Shown: piece after piece, positions 13,010 through 25,700 of the stretch
Layout: each line of letters begins with the position of its first letter
Numbering within the stretch: position 1 is the first letter of the stretch
From: Paraspadella gotoi
Lineage: Eukaryota > Animalia > Chaetognatha
DNA: 63,877 nucleotides
Direction of reading: 5' to 3'
Assembly: GCA_051294375.1 (NCBI GenBank)
Contig: CM119263.1
Location: 14,214,537 to 14,278,413, forward strand
Position numbers and translations under genes: made by a program
The notes under the pieces: generated by a model
The model's input: the letters and a program-made list of their open reading frames with translations, nothing else
Told to the model about the DNA's origin: nothing
Databases searched by the model: none

Positions 13010-16000
13010 GCGCCATCACACCTCTTCCAAATTGTAAGGCCCCGAAGGCTTCTGCTTCCACACTTTCACCCAATCATTCACTTTGTCTCCACATTCTTTG
13101 TTTTCCGTTTCCCCACTCTGGTTCCGCGTCGCTCTCATCATGGCCCCAAGCTGTGGTCAATTATTCGTATCTTCACTCCTAGATCTGCCCGACAACTATC
13201 CACGATACCACCGATCGCCCACATATAGTTCCCGCTTACGCCGTTCGAACGCCACCACAACATATCTTATTCCAGCTACCCTTCTCAAGAATTCTGATCT
13301 TCCCGCAAACAAACAGAAACCTGGAAATAATGTTTTTTTCAACAATGGCGTTATGTATACTCGTTTTTTTTCTTCTTTTTTCTCTTACTCTGCTCGATTT
13401 CTTCTTCCGTGAATGATTGTGTCACTTTGAGCGCTTCAATTCACACTACAAGTGTTTAGCTAGTATCTATTATTTATATTTATCCTGACCGATTCGAGAA
13501 CACCAAACCACTTACTTCTTTGAGGCCGAAACCGTTGTGGTGTAATTATCAATCAATTATTATCCCATAAGCAACTTAGGAGCAGTATCACTTGATATTA
13601 ATATTAGTTAAATCCCTCATATCTCAGTAGAGTATTTTACATAAGTGTGCTTATTTCCCGAGACAAAAATTTCCTGCCAGAAGACATGTAGAAACACTGG
13701 AAAGGCGAAGTAACAAAGTAAACTAGAACAACAAAGAAAGCCAGAAAGGGAGAGCAGAATAGAGAGAAGGACGAGGAGGAGATGAGAGACAACCGCGAAA
13801 TGCAGACTTCTCATCACAGCACAAAAACAAACGAAGGAGAAGAAAGTGGAAGAGAAGGAAACGGCAGTGATGCATGTCCCATTTTTCGCAATGTCTTAAA
13901 AACAGATGGATAAAAAAAATTTCCTGACAGAAGAAAGATAGAGAGAGAGAAGACAAGAACACGAGCGAGCCGGAGGGAGGAGGAGAGGAGAGATAGAGAG
14001 TGTTGTAAAGCAACTAAACAGGGAATCATTCATTAAAGAAGTGAGGAACGACAAAATATAATATCTCTTACTCCTGGTGAAGATTTTGCTGATTCAAAGG
14101 ATGTGCAGCGAATTAAAACACACGAGGAACACCCATCTCGCCGACGATTCGTGACGATTACCAATATAATTTGGAACCCCATCGACTGTTCACAATTTTC
14201 TTTTTTTTATTTCTTTATTTTTCCTAATGTTCGTTAAAAATTAAATAAGGGACGCTCTGGGCGACTCGCCCACGCCGCACTTAAGGACGCCCGCCCACGC
14301 AGCAGACGCCTGGGTCAACCATCGGCACGCCTCAATTCATTAATGATGGCGCTTTACTTGTCTCTACCGACCCGGCTAATTACGTCACCTCCTCACAGAG
14401 CAGATTCGGTTATGTTATCATCATTTTCATCCATTCTATCATTTCATCATTCAATCAATCAATCAAATTCTGAATCTATGCATTCATCAACCGTCATCTC
14501 AATCATCATCATCTTCATCATCATCAATTTCAACATCAGCAGCAGCAGCATTCGATCGAATTGGACGATTCACGACTATACAAACTAAACAATCTTTGTT
14601 TTATTCTACCACTGCTATCTATATACGCCTCGAAATCTGGCTCTTTTCAATACACAATGAAACACCAACACCGCCATATATTACACACACCTCTTCGGTC
14701 TCCCTCCTGCCATCCCATCCCCTCGCCCCCCTTCTCTCCACTCTGACTCCCACAGATCGAACATCCTCATCTCATGCATACATAAAGACTCTGGTCTTTC
14801 CTTCTCCTTCCACCTCTCTCCTTCTCTCCCTTCTTCTATCTCCCCCCGGGATTAGATTAATGAGTGTAAGAGACCCCTCCGGGTGGTCTCTCACTCCCAT
14901 ATATGATAAAGAACGCTAACATCAACACCAGAAACAGTTGTGAAATCTAACACCAACACCGGACAGGGGGAGAGGAGGAAAGAAAGAAAAAGAGAAAGAG
15001 ACGAGAGGACGATTGAGATGGAGATGAGAGATTCTACTGCCGGATAGAGAAGAAGAGAAAGAGAGAGAATGAGAGAGATAGAGAGAGAAGAAGAGAAAGA
15101 GACGATGATTAATGAGAGAGGAGAGAGAAGAGACGGAGAGAAGAAGAGGAAGATAACAGAGGAGAGGAGAAAACGAGAGAAACTTTCCATCAAAAACGCC
15201 ATTTCTGGCTTTTTCCCATCGGATCGCAAATTGCGCAGATCGGTCTGTATGAAAAAGGAGGTGACGTAATTAGCGTCGGTAAAGACAAAGGCGGTAAAAA
15301 GCGCCAATCATAATGAAGCGGCCGAGTGGGCGGCGTCGCTGGCGTGGGCGGCGTCTTAAGGCGGCGTCGCTAATTACGATTAGAAAAAAAAAAAAAGAAA
15401 TGGAACGCGATGGGCCAATTATTTGGAAATCGAAGAATCGTCGGCGAAGATGGGGAATCCTCGTTAATCCACATCTTGAATCCAAATCTCACCGGGTAAG
15501 AATTTATTTTGTGTTTTCCACTTCTTTAATGATGATCCCTGCTTNNNNNNNNNNNNNNNNNNNNNNNNNNNNNNNNNNNNNNNNNNNNNNNNNNNNNNNN
15601 NNNNNNNNNNNNNNNNNNNNNNNNNNNNNNNNNNNNNNNNNNNNNNNNNNNNNNNNNNNNNNNNNNNNNNNNNNNNNNNNNNNNNNNNNNNNNNNNNNNN
15701 NNNNNNNNNNNTCTTCCTCTTTCTCTTTCTTTGTTTCCTATTTACTTTTTACTCTTTCTGTTTCTCATTCTTGATTTAATAACACTAAAATCTAATGAAC
15801 AAATGATTTTAACTATTAACATAATAACCTAATTTTGAATAATGATTGATATTACACCAAACGTTTCGCCAAAAAAATGGGTGGTCCGATTCCAGATAAA
15901 AAAAAAAGATCGAACACCTTGATTATGATTAAAGCTCAAAGAAAAACACCAGAAAATCGCAGGAGTAAGAGAAAAAAAAAAGAAAAAAAAAGTAAAAACG

Positions 16001-16310
16001 CCTTCTTTGAAAAAACATTATTTCAGGTTTCTTGGTTGGGGAAAGATCAGAATCTGAGAGGTAAGGGAAAATATGTGTGGGGCGTTCGACGCGGAGACGG
16101 GAACTTTGTGGGCGTGGATACTGTGGAATAGGTTGTGGGCAGATCTAGGGAGTGAAGATACGAAATTGACCACAGCTTTGGGCCATAGAGAGCGAGCGGG
16201 AACCATGAAGGTTGTGGGGAAAAAAAAAAGATGTGGAGAAAGTGAATTGAATTGGGAAAGGTGCGAAGCAGAAGCCTTCGGGGCCTCAATTTGGAAGAGG
16301 GTGTCGATGG
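13010..16310. repeat. Long imperfect inverted repeat (fold-back) centred near 14880
   Basis: 13010-14410 is a degraded reverse complement of 15240-16310, e.g. ccccgaaggcttctgcttc vs gaagcagaagccttcgggg and ctaattacgtcacctcct vs aggaggtgacgtaattag. A small hairpin gagtg..agagacc/ggtctct.cactc sits at 14862-14896. Confidence 0.85.
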
Positions 16311-17256
16311 CGAGAGAAGAAGAATCAATAAACCCGCGCCCAGAAAAACAACAACATTGAGGCACCCAACATTCTTCGCCCAAGAACAACATCGCCGGCT
16401 TGAATGAACGACTTCTCGGACTCCAAAGAACAACATCTCGCGACGACCCGTTGGCGACCGTTCCACCGCGACATCGCCTCCAGCCTTCGCCAGCAGATGT
16501 CGACGAGAATTTCCGGAGTCTCCGCGATGGGAAAGATGGCGTTGGGATCGGGAAGGGATGTCAGGACAAGGGGGGGGGGGTGGGAGGTACGGAGAGGGCT
16601 CAGTTTCTGGAGATAGAATACGGAATGAAAAGAAAAGGAAAGTTGCAAGGACAAAATATAAGTACATACAAAAATAAAAATAAAATTAATTTGACGCTTT
16701 CACGTCACAGCTTTTAAATTACAGCTTCAATGTATAATTAAGGACATTAATTTGTTGGTTTAATTATTGATAAATTGATTGATTTATTGATTGATTGATT
16801 AATAGTTCGATCGTAGCCGTTAATTGCAGAGATTGCTCGGACGAAGTTTAATGACATAGAAATTTTTTTTTCGTTCGTAAACGCTAACGTAACATCAAAA
16901 TAATCTAGCGCTCAAAAGGGGAAGGATGAAAGAAGGAAAAAAAGTTTGAAGACGAGAAAAAAGTTTTTTGATGAACTGGAAAAATGTTTTTCGTTTTTCC
17001 GCCGGCGGCACAAATCCCATTAAAACGTGGCCGCCAGGGGTTGCGAGGGGTTGAGGGGGGAGCGAAAAAGGGAAATTAAAGGGAGAGACGGGGGGAGGAA
17101 TACGGGTAGGGAAAAGGGCAAGGAATACGGTAAGGAAGAGAAGGGAATGAATGAATGGATGCGGAAAAATTTCGCCAAGGGTCAAAATAAATTTTTCTTG
17201 TGTTTTCTTCCTTCTCTCGTTGCGGAGTGGAAAGGGTAATGATGTTGTTTTAGAGA

Positions 17257-17257
<1 letters not shown>

Positions 17258-17291
<34 letters not shown>
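17258..17291. repeat. (GAC)n trinucleotide repeat
   Basis: Pure GAC run. More degenerate GAC/GTC tracts at 17478-17545 and 17605-17640. Confidence 0.9.
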
Positions 17292-17739
17292 AAAGGCTTC
17301 GCTTTTGTTCTTCTTGCTTTGGCCGCCATTGAGGTCATTGTAAGAATTTGGAAGGGTATTAGGTTGGCTAAACTGTCGCTGCCAATACCCAAGTTTACGA
17401 CTTCGCCCCAGATATAAAATTATTTATTCATACACATTCCCCCTTATGTCTGATTCACCTGCGTGGTCGTCAAACGTGACGACGACGACGACTACGACGA
17501 CTACGACGAGGACGACGACTACGACGAGGACGAGGACGACGACATTGTCGACTTTTTTAGATCCTTTATCGAAGTCGGCGATAAATCCTATTTTTCGTTT
17601 CAGACGTCGTCGTCGTCGTCGTCGTTCGTCGTCGTCGTCGTCTCATTGCGTATGCAAGGAGGAACCCAGAAATCCCGTCTTATCACGCTTTCTTTACGCG
17701 ATATTGTTTATCCGGATTTGCTCTCTTGTTGTTGGAATT

Positions 17740-17853
<114 letters not shown>

Positions 17854-18027
17854 GCTCTCTTTTTTGTAATTTTACAACTTGATTTGCATATTCTGCGCCA
17901 CAATAAATCGGATCGGGCGAGGCTCTCGGTGCTTAGCGCCCCCGAGCAGTCGTGAGAGAAAGACTCGGATCGAAGGAACGAACCAAAGAACGAAGGAAGA
18001 AACGAACGAAGTTATGAACGAAAGAAC

Positions 18028-18029
<2 letters not shown>

Positions 18030-18121
<92 letters not shown>
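18030..18121. repeat. (GAAA)n tetranucleotide repeat
   Basis: ~23 GAAA units. Confidence 0.95.
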
Positions 18122-18122
<1 letters not shown>

Positions 18123-18959
18123 ACGAACGTTTGAGCCAAATGAACAATGAAACAGAACAGAACAATGGAACAAATCCAAAAGAACAATCGTTTCGTTGGC
18201 TACCATCTTTGAAATCAGCCTAATTGGTTAATTAGAGTGGATTAGATCCTTCGATGCTTCATCGTAACGGGTTTCATCTTGAAACCGAAAAGAGACGGGA
18301 AAGGCCGAACTTAGACTTCGTTCTCTCCCTCTCTTTCTCGTTCCCATCATCAAGTGAACAATGGTTGTCCATGATTAACCCAGATTATTTTCTTTTCATT
18401 ACTTTAAAGAGATTTCGAATATCCAATCCACGAATCGCGGTGACCTAATCGACGACGACGACGACGACGATCACCACCACCACCACCACCAGAGGGCGAA
18501 TAGAGACGACGATGATTGTATTGAAGAATCGAATTTGTTTCTTTCACCGCCGCCGCCATTCAACGAGGCTCGACGTTCAGTATCGAATCTTTGCTTCTCT
18601 AAACTTCGCTCGCACATTTTTCTCTCTTCTTCCCAAAAAAAGATGAAAAGAAGCCGAATCGAATGCGGAAGAGGGGAAAAAAAAGTCTCCTAAATACAAT
18701 CATTAAGTCCATGAATGGAATTGAGAAAAAAAAGGGCAAAAATGGAAGCGAAGCAACAAAGAGAAAGAATCTCCATCTTTTTAAATTTCTTCATTCGTGG
18801 TTAAGTTCGCGCCCGGAAGGAGTAACTAAATTGTTAAGGGGAACGCCGTTACAATGCTTCAGTTTAATTGGCATATCCAGCAATAGGAAGCATCTCGGAG
18901 AATTCTGAAGAATGGCGGAGAGGAATGTTCGTGAGAGAATGCTTACAGTTTTAGCGAAT

Positions 18960-18998
<39 letters not shown>

Positions 18999-20366
18999 AA
19001 TGCACTCGCAACTCCCTTCCTCCCATCGCGGCTTCCAAAAACTTTTAAAATTTGACAAATTTAAAAGATCCCTCGTTTGGGATATGTCACTGACGCTATT
19101 TCGTCTGCCTCTGGCCTTCATTCGACCAATCGGAACTTAGAATTGCGTATTGTTTTAGCCAATCACATGCCAAGCTCAGCCAAGCGGCGTCGCCCATGAG
19201 GAATTAGACCCAAAAGTACTTTCATCCAAAACAGCATCAGATACGAGAAAATTTATATTGATGCTGGATTAAGGAAAAGCTTGGAGCCGCGGAGAAGAGA
19301 AGCGTTTCGCTAAAGCTGGGAGAGGGGGAAGCAGAGGCAGAGAGATTTAAGGGGAGGGGGGAGTGGAGCGGAGTTGAATTGAACCATAAAGAGGTTGGAT
19401 AAAAGTGGAGAGAGAGAAGGAAGAAGTTGAAATAGAAACTAGTAAAAGCTTTGAAAGGGGAAGAGGCGGTTTAGCCGGAAGGAAACCTAAAGAAGAAAAA
19501 AAGAAACGGGGCCATCGAATTTTTGAAGAAGAATTTTAAAAAAATGAGATGAGATAGAAAAGAGAGAGCTTACTTGAGTGATTAAAAGACAGAAATAAAA
19601 AAAAATATAAAGACACTAATGAATAAAGTATAACAATTTAACAAATACAAGAATAGATAAAACTAGAAAAAAGTAAAAAAAACTCTGAAAAGTAAATGCT
19701 AATAAGAAAACTAACTTTAAAAAAATAAATACAAAATACTTTGAATGAAAAGAAGTAAGTAGTTAAGAAATGGGGTTTGAGCCACTGAGATCTTAGGATT
19801 ATGGATGTTGAGAAAAAAAGCCCTTATTTTAATGAAACTTCCTAAGCAGTTAAGTCGTAAAACCGGTCCGGCTATAACGAATATAGACGTTTATAATTAT
19901 AATGTGTGCCTCGCCTAGGCCAAGTCACATATTTGAAAATTTTGCTTTTCATCCGAGAAGAAAAAAAAAGGTCGGATGAAATAATCCAGGCGAACTTTGG
20001 AACACCAACGTGATTCTTTTGGGGCCAAAGAAAAAAAAGAAAAAAGCCCCAAAAAAAGTGTTGGCCCTGTTCTCTAAAAAATACCGCGAGCAAAAAAAAA
20101 ATATTCGCTCTGAAAAATACCATGATTTGAAAGAAAACTTTTGTTTGATATGATGGATTCCTTCCAAGAATGTCTGTTGGGGGATTGAAGGTGGATTATG
20201 TATTTGAAAAACTCCATATATCCAGGACCAGGATAAAGCAACCAAGTTTTTTTTTCACTAACCTCATAATTGTCCGTTCTTTTTGTTTTTTTTTTAGAAC
20301 CAGTTGAACGAAGCTCGCTTCTCTTCCCTGACCCTGCCCTCAATTATTCAAAAAGAAAAAAAAGAA

Positions 20367-20431
<65 letters not shown>

Positions 20432-20856
20432 AAATCAATTCTGTTTCTCCTCCTCCTCGGTACTAAAGTCACTGTTTTATGATCGGAGTTGAGAATACGC
20501 GGCCGAGTTTTGTGATACGTCGCGAAAAATCACAAGAACCAATCAGTAGTGACGATCGTGTCCCGGCGTTCAATCAGCGGTGATGATGAACGATCAATGT
20601 CGACCGAAGTTTCAGTCACTTTTTAGCTTATTACAGGTTGATTGTTTCATTACCGCCCTCGATGTGGGGATTTTAAGAGAGAAGTTAAAATCGTAAAACT
20701 GACATTTAAAGTTTTGATGAATTGAAATAGACTACGTTTAACGATAACGATGACAGATATATTATTTTGGAAAATGAAAGGTATACGGAGAACATAGTTT
20801 TTTTAAAGATTTGCTCTTTGGAAGCTCGTTTCAACTAGTTACATCTTATTGAATTA

Positions 20857-21430
20857 ATGTTAATTAGAAGATCAACTAATTTAAAGCTTACATATCTAGG
20901 TTTCAACCTTAGTAGTGAAAGAGACAGCTTGTTTGAGCCAAGCAAAGAATTGGTATCTTTTTTTAGACCAAGTAACTGTTTGATAAATGCTTTGTTAAAG
21001 CCTTCAGAGGAATTGTTGATGAAATTGTATTATACTAACTGTGTTCCAGTTGTCCTTTATGACTGTGAAGTAAAAACGTACGTAATATTGTACAGACTTA
21101 ATGTAGCTGTAAATGATGGTGTCCGAAAGATTTTTGATATAATCGATGGAAAAGTGTGAGAGAACTTAGGAGTATGTTTGGATACCACGACCTATCAACA
21201 ATTTTTAATAATCGTAAGAAAACCTTTATCTCAAAGATCTCCACAATGAAAAATAATGTTCTTCAGAAACTTGTTCCGTTTTTTACAACATAAGAATTAA
21301 TTAATTAATTTGATTTAATTTAACTGTTTTTTTTTCTCTCTATCTATTTTATGATGTTTTTCGTTTGTTTGTTGATGATGATTGTACTGAATCAACCTTG
21401 TTGTATTCGAATAAAATCGCATATATATTA
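20857..21430 (+). mobile_element. 5'-truncated non-LTR retrotransposon (LINE) remnant, post-RT C-terminal region plus 3' UTR
   Basis: Translation contains KLTYLG...LLMKLYYTNCVPVVLYDCEV...NDGVRKIF, then after a frameshift RWKSVRELRSMFGY...LQKL. These resemble the YLG and PxxxYxCE motifs downstream of LINE RT domains. AATAAA is near 21410. Clade not determined. Confidence 0.7.
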
Positions 21431-22102
21431 AGTTAGTCCTTTTTTTAATATTTGTAACAATCGTTAATAAAATATCAGCTCATGATTAAGGAGTATGATT
21501 ATAACGAAAACAAAGGTATGACTAAGAAGTTACGAAAAGCTCTTTGACATTATTTAAAATAAGGAAAACAATTTTTACAAAGTGACGCCATTTGTCTATC
21601 AATTCCTCCACAACTTTTGCAGTGTGTTTTTACTGTCCTCTCGTGTACCAATGATGAACAAAAGACATTTTGAAATGAGATACTATTAATAATAATATCA
21701 TATTATATTCCGATAAAAGGCAAAGTTCAAAATCTGATATTTCAATATTATATTATTATAAAAATCGATTTAAAAATTATTATTATTATTTACTAATATT
21801 TTTATAAACTTTTTGAGCAGTTTTGCAAAGATTTTACCGTATTTAATCGCAATAATTTAGTTAGACAAATTACTATTTTTTTTCTTCACTCAAATTATAA
21901 CTAAGGAACCTTTTAACTCATCACTTATGAGTGACTTCCTCATCGCGATTCTGTCGACTAAATCTTAATCAGTTAATGAGAAAACGTGATTCGAGGTTTC
22001 TAAGCAGCAAGATAAGACGAAAGAACAAACTTTCATTCCTGTCCTCAAAGCTGTCAAGAATTATCGGGTTTTTTTTTTATATATAAAAACTAGTTTTATT
22101 TT

Positions 22103-22222
22103 CTTCATCAGCTCGTAATTGAGTCGAAACATGTCTGCATATTAATAATAAAATTCGTTGTTTAAAAGTCAAACAATATTCTAAATCTCCAAAAACAACG
22201 AAAAAGAAAGAATTTCACCATG
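22103..22222 (+). mobile_element. Degenerate/rearranged Penelope-like pLTR fragment (hammerhead 3' half)
   Basis: ctc-gtaatt-gag stem, then CGAAACATGTC, AATAAAATTCGTTG and a tail resembling 25586-25725. The CTGATGAAG box is present only inverted (cttcatcag, 22103-22111). Confidence 0.55.
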
Positions 22223-22703
22223 AACAAAAAATATTAAAATTGTACAATCAAACTTATTCTTAATAAAGTTAGACATTTTCTCGATTACTTTTTCTTTAAA
22301 ATTAAAAACTGGATTGTATTTTTTTTACACCCAAGTTGGAGAAAAAAAATTACTTCGTGGCATCGTGCATGCGTTTTATTTCATTAGAAATCCTTATTCT
22401 AAGAAACATACTGACGATTAAACAAAAGGCGATGACAGAAGTAAGCGATGGCCACACGAAAAAAAAACTTCGATAGAGTGTAACAAAAAAGATGTTAAAA
22501 AAAAAATACAACGGATTTAATAATTATCTTATTCAAAGATTCTTTATTGAGTATATGAATGTTATTATTTTATTAAAAGACAAAAGTAAGTATGTAGCAA
22601 TGCGGTGGAGTCGTCTTCATCGTCCAAACTCTAATCTTTATAGTTTCTGCACATTTTAAAATAAAATAACGCTGAATTCGTCGTCCCCATCATCTTCTTT
22701 GCC

Positions 22704-25700
22704 ATGACGACGGGATCGTTGATCGACGGAGTGGCGCGAGGCCTTCGCTACCAAATCGAAGTCAAAGATCTGGAAGAAGGATTCGCCGGCGCCGATTGGA
22801 AACCGGCGCTGTTTGGTGCAAGGCGGCGTCCTTTGGGCGTCGTACCGCGAGGACTCGGGTCTGAACTTGAAATATGAATTGAATTGCATTCATTGACCAA
22901 AAATAATTCTCGCAAAATGATTTTCTGCCCAGAGTTTCATCCGGCTGTTTGGACCAAAGAGAAGCGGTGGTCCGGCGTCGCCTCGCCGCCGCCTTTCGCG
23001 GCTTCCGGTTTTTCTCGCCGGGAATTTTCTCCGGCAACAACGCCGATCCGACTTTTGGTTCCAAACCTCCGTTGCATCGGCGTGCTTGGCGGACGCCGTC
23101 GTCCAGGGACTCTCCCCTTAGATCGACGGCGACGACGACGACGACAACCTCGAGGATGAAACGGCCTGACCTGTCGGGGTCATCGATGAGACCGAAGTCG
23201 GCACGACCGACTCCTACGCGTCCAACGTCGGAAAAAGGGACTACGACTCGTGCCACGTCAGCGACGCGCTCGTCACCAGCTCGAGAAGCGGCGTCCTTGC
23301 GCACGCGACCCTCGACGGCGTCGTCGAGTCGCGGCGCCGCTTTCGCCAACGCTTATCAACAAGAGGCTTCTTCGTTCATCAGCGGATCGAAAAGTTTGCG
23401 GGATAGCGTTAAAGGTGAGGCTGCAGTTCAAACCGATAAGAATGATTGTGCTAAAAACAACATCTTGTAATCAACCTTTCTCAACTGTTTCTAGCTACTT
23501 TAAACTCAGTTACTCGTAGAATAAAATAATGTACAATATTAATTAACATATATAAAACGTTGTGGATAATGATTTTCGAAGATAATTTTGGGCATAAATT
23601 ATAAATCCTAAGTTTTGATCAAGACTTAATTGTGAAAAACAGAGAAAAAGTCGTCGAAGGCGAACCGCCTCCTGACTGAAGCCGCCAAATTGATCGTCCA
23701 AATCGAAGAGGTTCATCTGGGTGCGACAGGGGTGGTGACGGAGTCGGGAGAGTCGAAGACAGTTGCCGACCCGGCTCGTCGTCAAGGGTGAATCTCACGA
23801 TGTCTACTAGTAGATCAAAACAAATGCAAAATGTTTGCTAAGAAATATTTAAGATATCTAATAAAGTATGTAGTATAGAAAACGTAATTCCGTTCCCTTT
23901 AACTTTTTAACTTCTGACTTTCTTACATGTTAGACCAGTCGCGGACGGCGATCCGGTCACTATGATGCAGATTGTCGCCACCGAAGACGAAGAAGACGAC
24001 GACGACAACGCCGTCGACAACTCCGCATCGCGTCGAGCGCCGGGACGAGCCCCGAGTCGACCGACGACCAAACCTCGTCAAAGGCCACCTCAATTTTTCA
24101 ACGTCATTTTACGGCGGACAATGAAACCGGAAATGAGGCGCGTTTCGGCGCCGAGAAGTAAACCGGCGCCGACGCAGGCACGACTGGCGGTGAAAGAACG
24201 CGCCGCCTCGAGGGAAAGGTTGGTGGAGGAGGAAGTGGAAGAGGAAAGGGGATACGGAGATTCTCGAATGATGATGAGCTGGTTGAGGGAGCAAGAGGGA
24301 AGGGATAGGGAAGAAGAGGAGGAAGGAATGGGGGATGGAAAGGAGGAAAAAGAACTAAGCACGGTTGTGGAGACTTCCGATAAGAAGGGGAAAAAGAAAA
24401 AGAAAGAAAAAGACGACGACAGCGACTCGTCTTCGTCCTCTTCTTCGTCGTCTTCGTCTTCTCGTTCTAATTCTTCGCGTCGCTCGGATCGAAAATCGAA
24501 TCGAAAGCAAAAGAGCATCGAATCGAACGAAGACGAAGAATCGAAAGAGATCGAGGAGAAATCGTCGAAGAGCGAAGAGTCGGATTCCGGGGACGAAGAT
24601 TCGAGTCGTTCAAGTGATTAGCGAATTAGATTAGAGATCACTTAGAAATTCACATGGAAATTTAATTCCTAATATCGTAAAGCATATAAATTTTGATATT
24701 ACTTACTTTTGGGAAAACCGAGAGAGTTTTTGAGCAGTCGCTCTATGTATTATTAAATCTCAACAATTTATTATTAACCCGCACAGTAGTTTTCATCTTA
24801 CTTTTAGTCTTTTACTCTTGCAAAAAATTGTTTTTGCCGAAACATGTCTGTTTTTAACGTAAATAAAACATCGTTGTTGAAACAAAAACAATTTTCTCTA
24901 ATCTCAAACACAGCGAAAGTGAAAGGATAACTATCGAACAATGTCTTCTACTATAAAAATATTATTGTAAATAAATATTCTTAATATTACTTGAAAAATA
25001 AGAAAATTTCAATGTGGATTTCTCAAATAAAAAAACCGAAAACGACCAAGGCAAAGACAGCGGAAGCGCCAAGCTAGAAGTACCTCATAACGTCAACGAT
25101 AACTCCTACGACGCTACCGACGACGAAAGTAACCAACACGACGCCCACAATACGTCACCGACGGCCATCATCGACGCCGTCATCGAAGACAATGCGCGAA
25201 AATTGCTCTCGATGACTAAAGAACATCTTGTAGACGTCGACGCCAGGGACGAAAGTGGTAGGACGGCTCTTCATGTTGCCAGCCAACGAGGCAACTTCGA
25301 AGCGATGAGGTGCGTTTTCCCCGCGCAGTTTGCACGTGCCTGATGCGTGTGCTTTTATTTTCATTTTTTTTGGGTTTTCATTTTCGGAAACGCGACAGAA
25401 TTTTGACTGAAAGCGGCGCAGATCTGGAGGCAGAGACGCTGACTGGTTTTACTCCCCTGCAACTCTGCGCTATCGAAGGTCGCGTGGATTCTCTGCGAAC
25501 GCTCGTCGATCTCGGCGCTAATCACAGAGTAATTGTTTTTTAAAAATTAAATCGATTAAAAAAATGTATTATTATAATCTCCATAAACAAATTGTTTATG
25601 CTGATGAAGGCTTGAAAATCTAAAGCCGAAACATGTCCTTTATTGAAACAAATAAAATTCATTGTCAAAACGCAAATCTTTTCCGCTAAACATTACAACG

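Noticed and set aside
16047-16667. 206-aa minus-strand ORF with a hydrophobic stretch and a good splice acceptor near 16607
   Set aside because: No recognisable domain, several overlapping frames are equally open, and no partner exons were found. It may be UTR.
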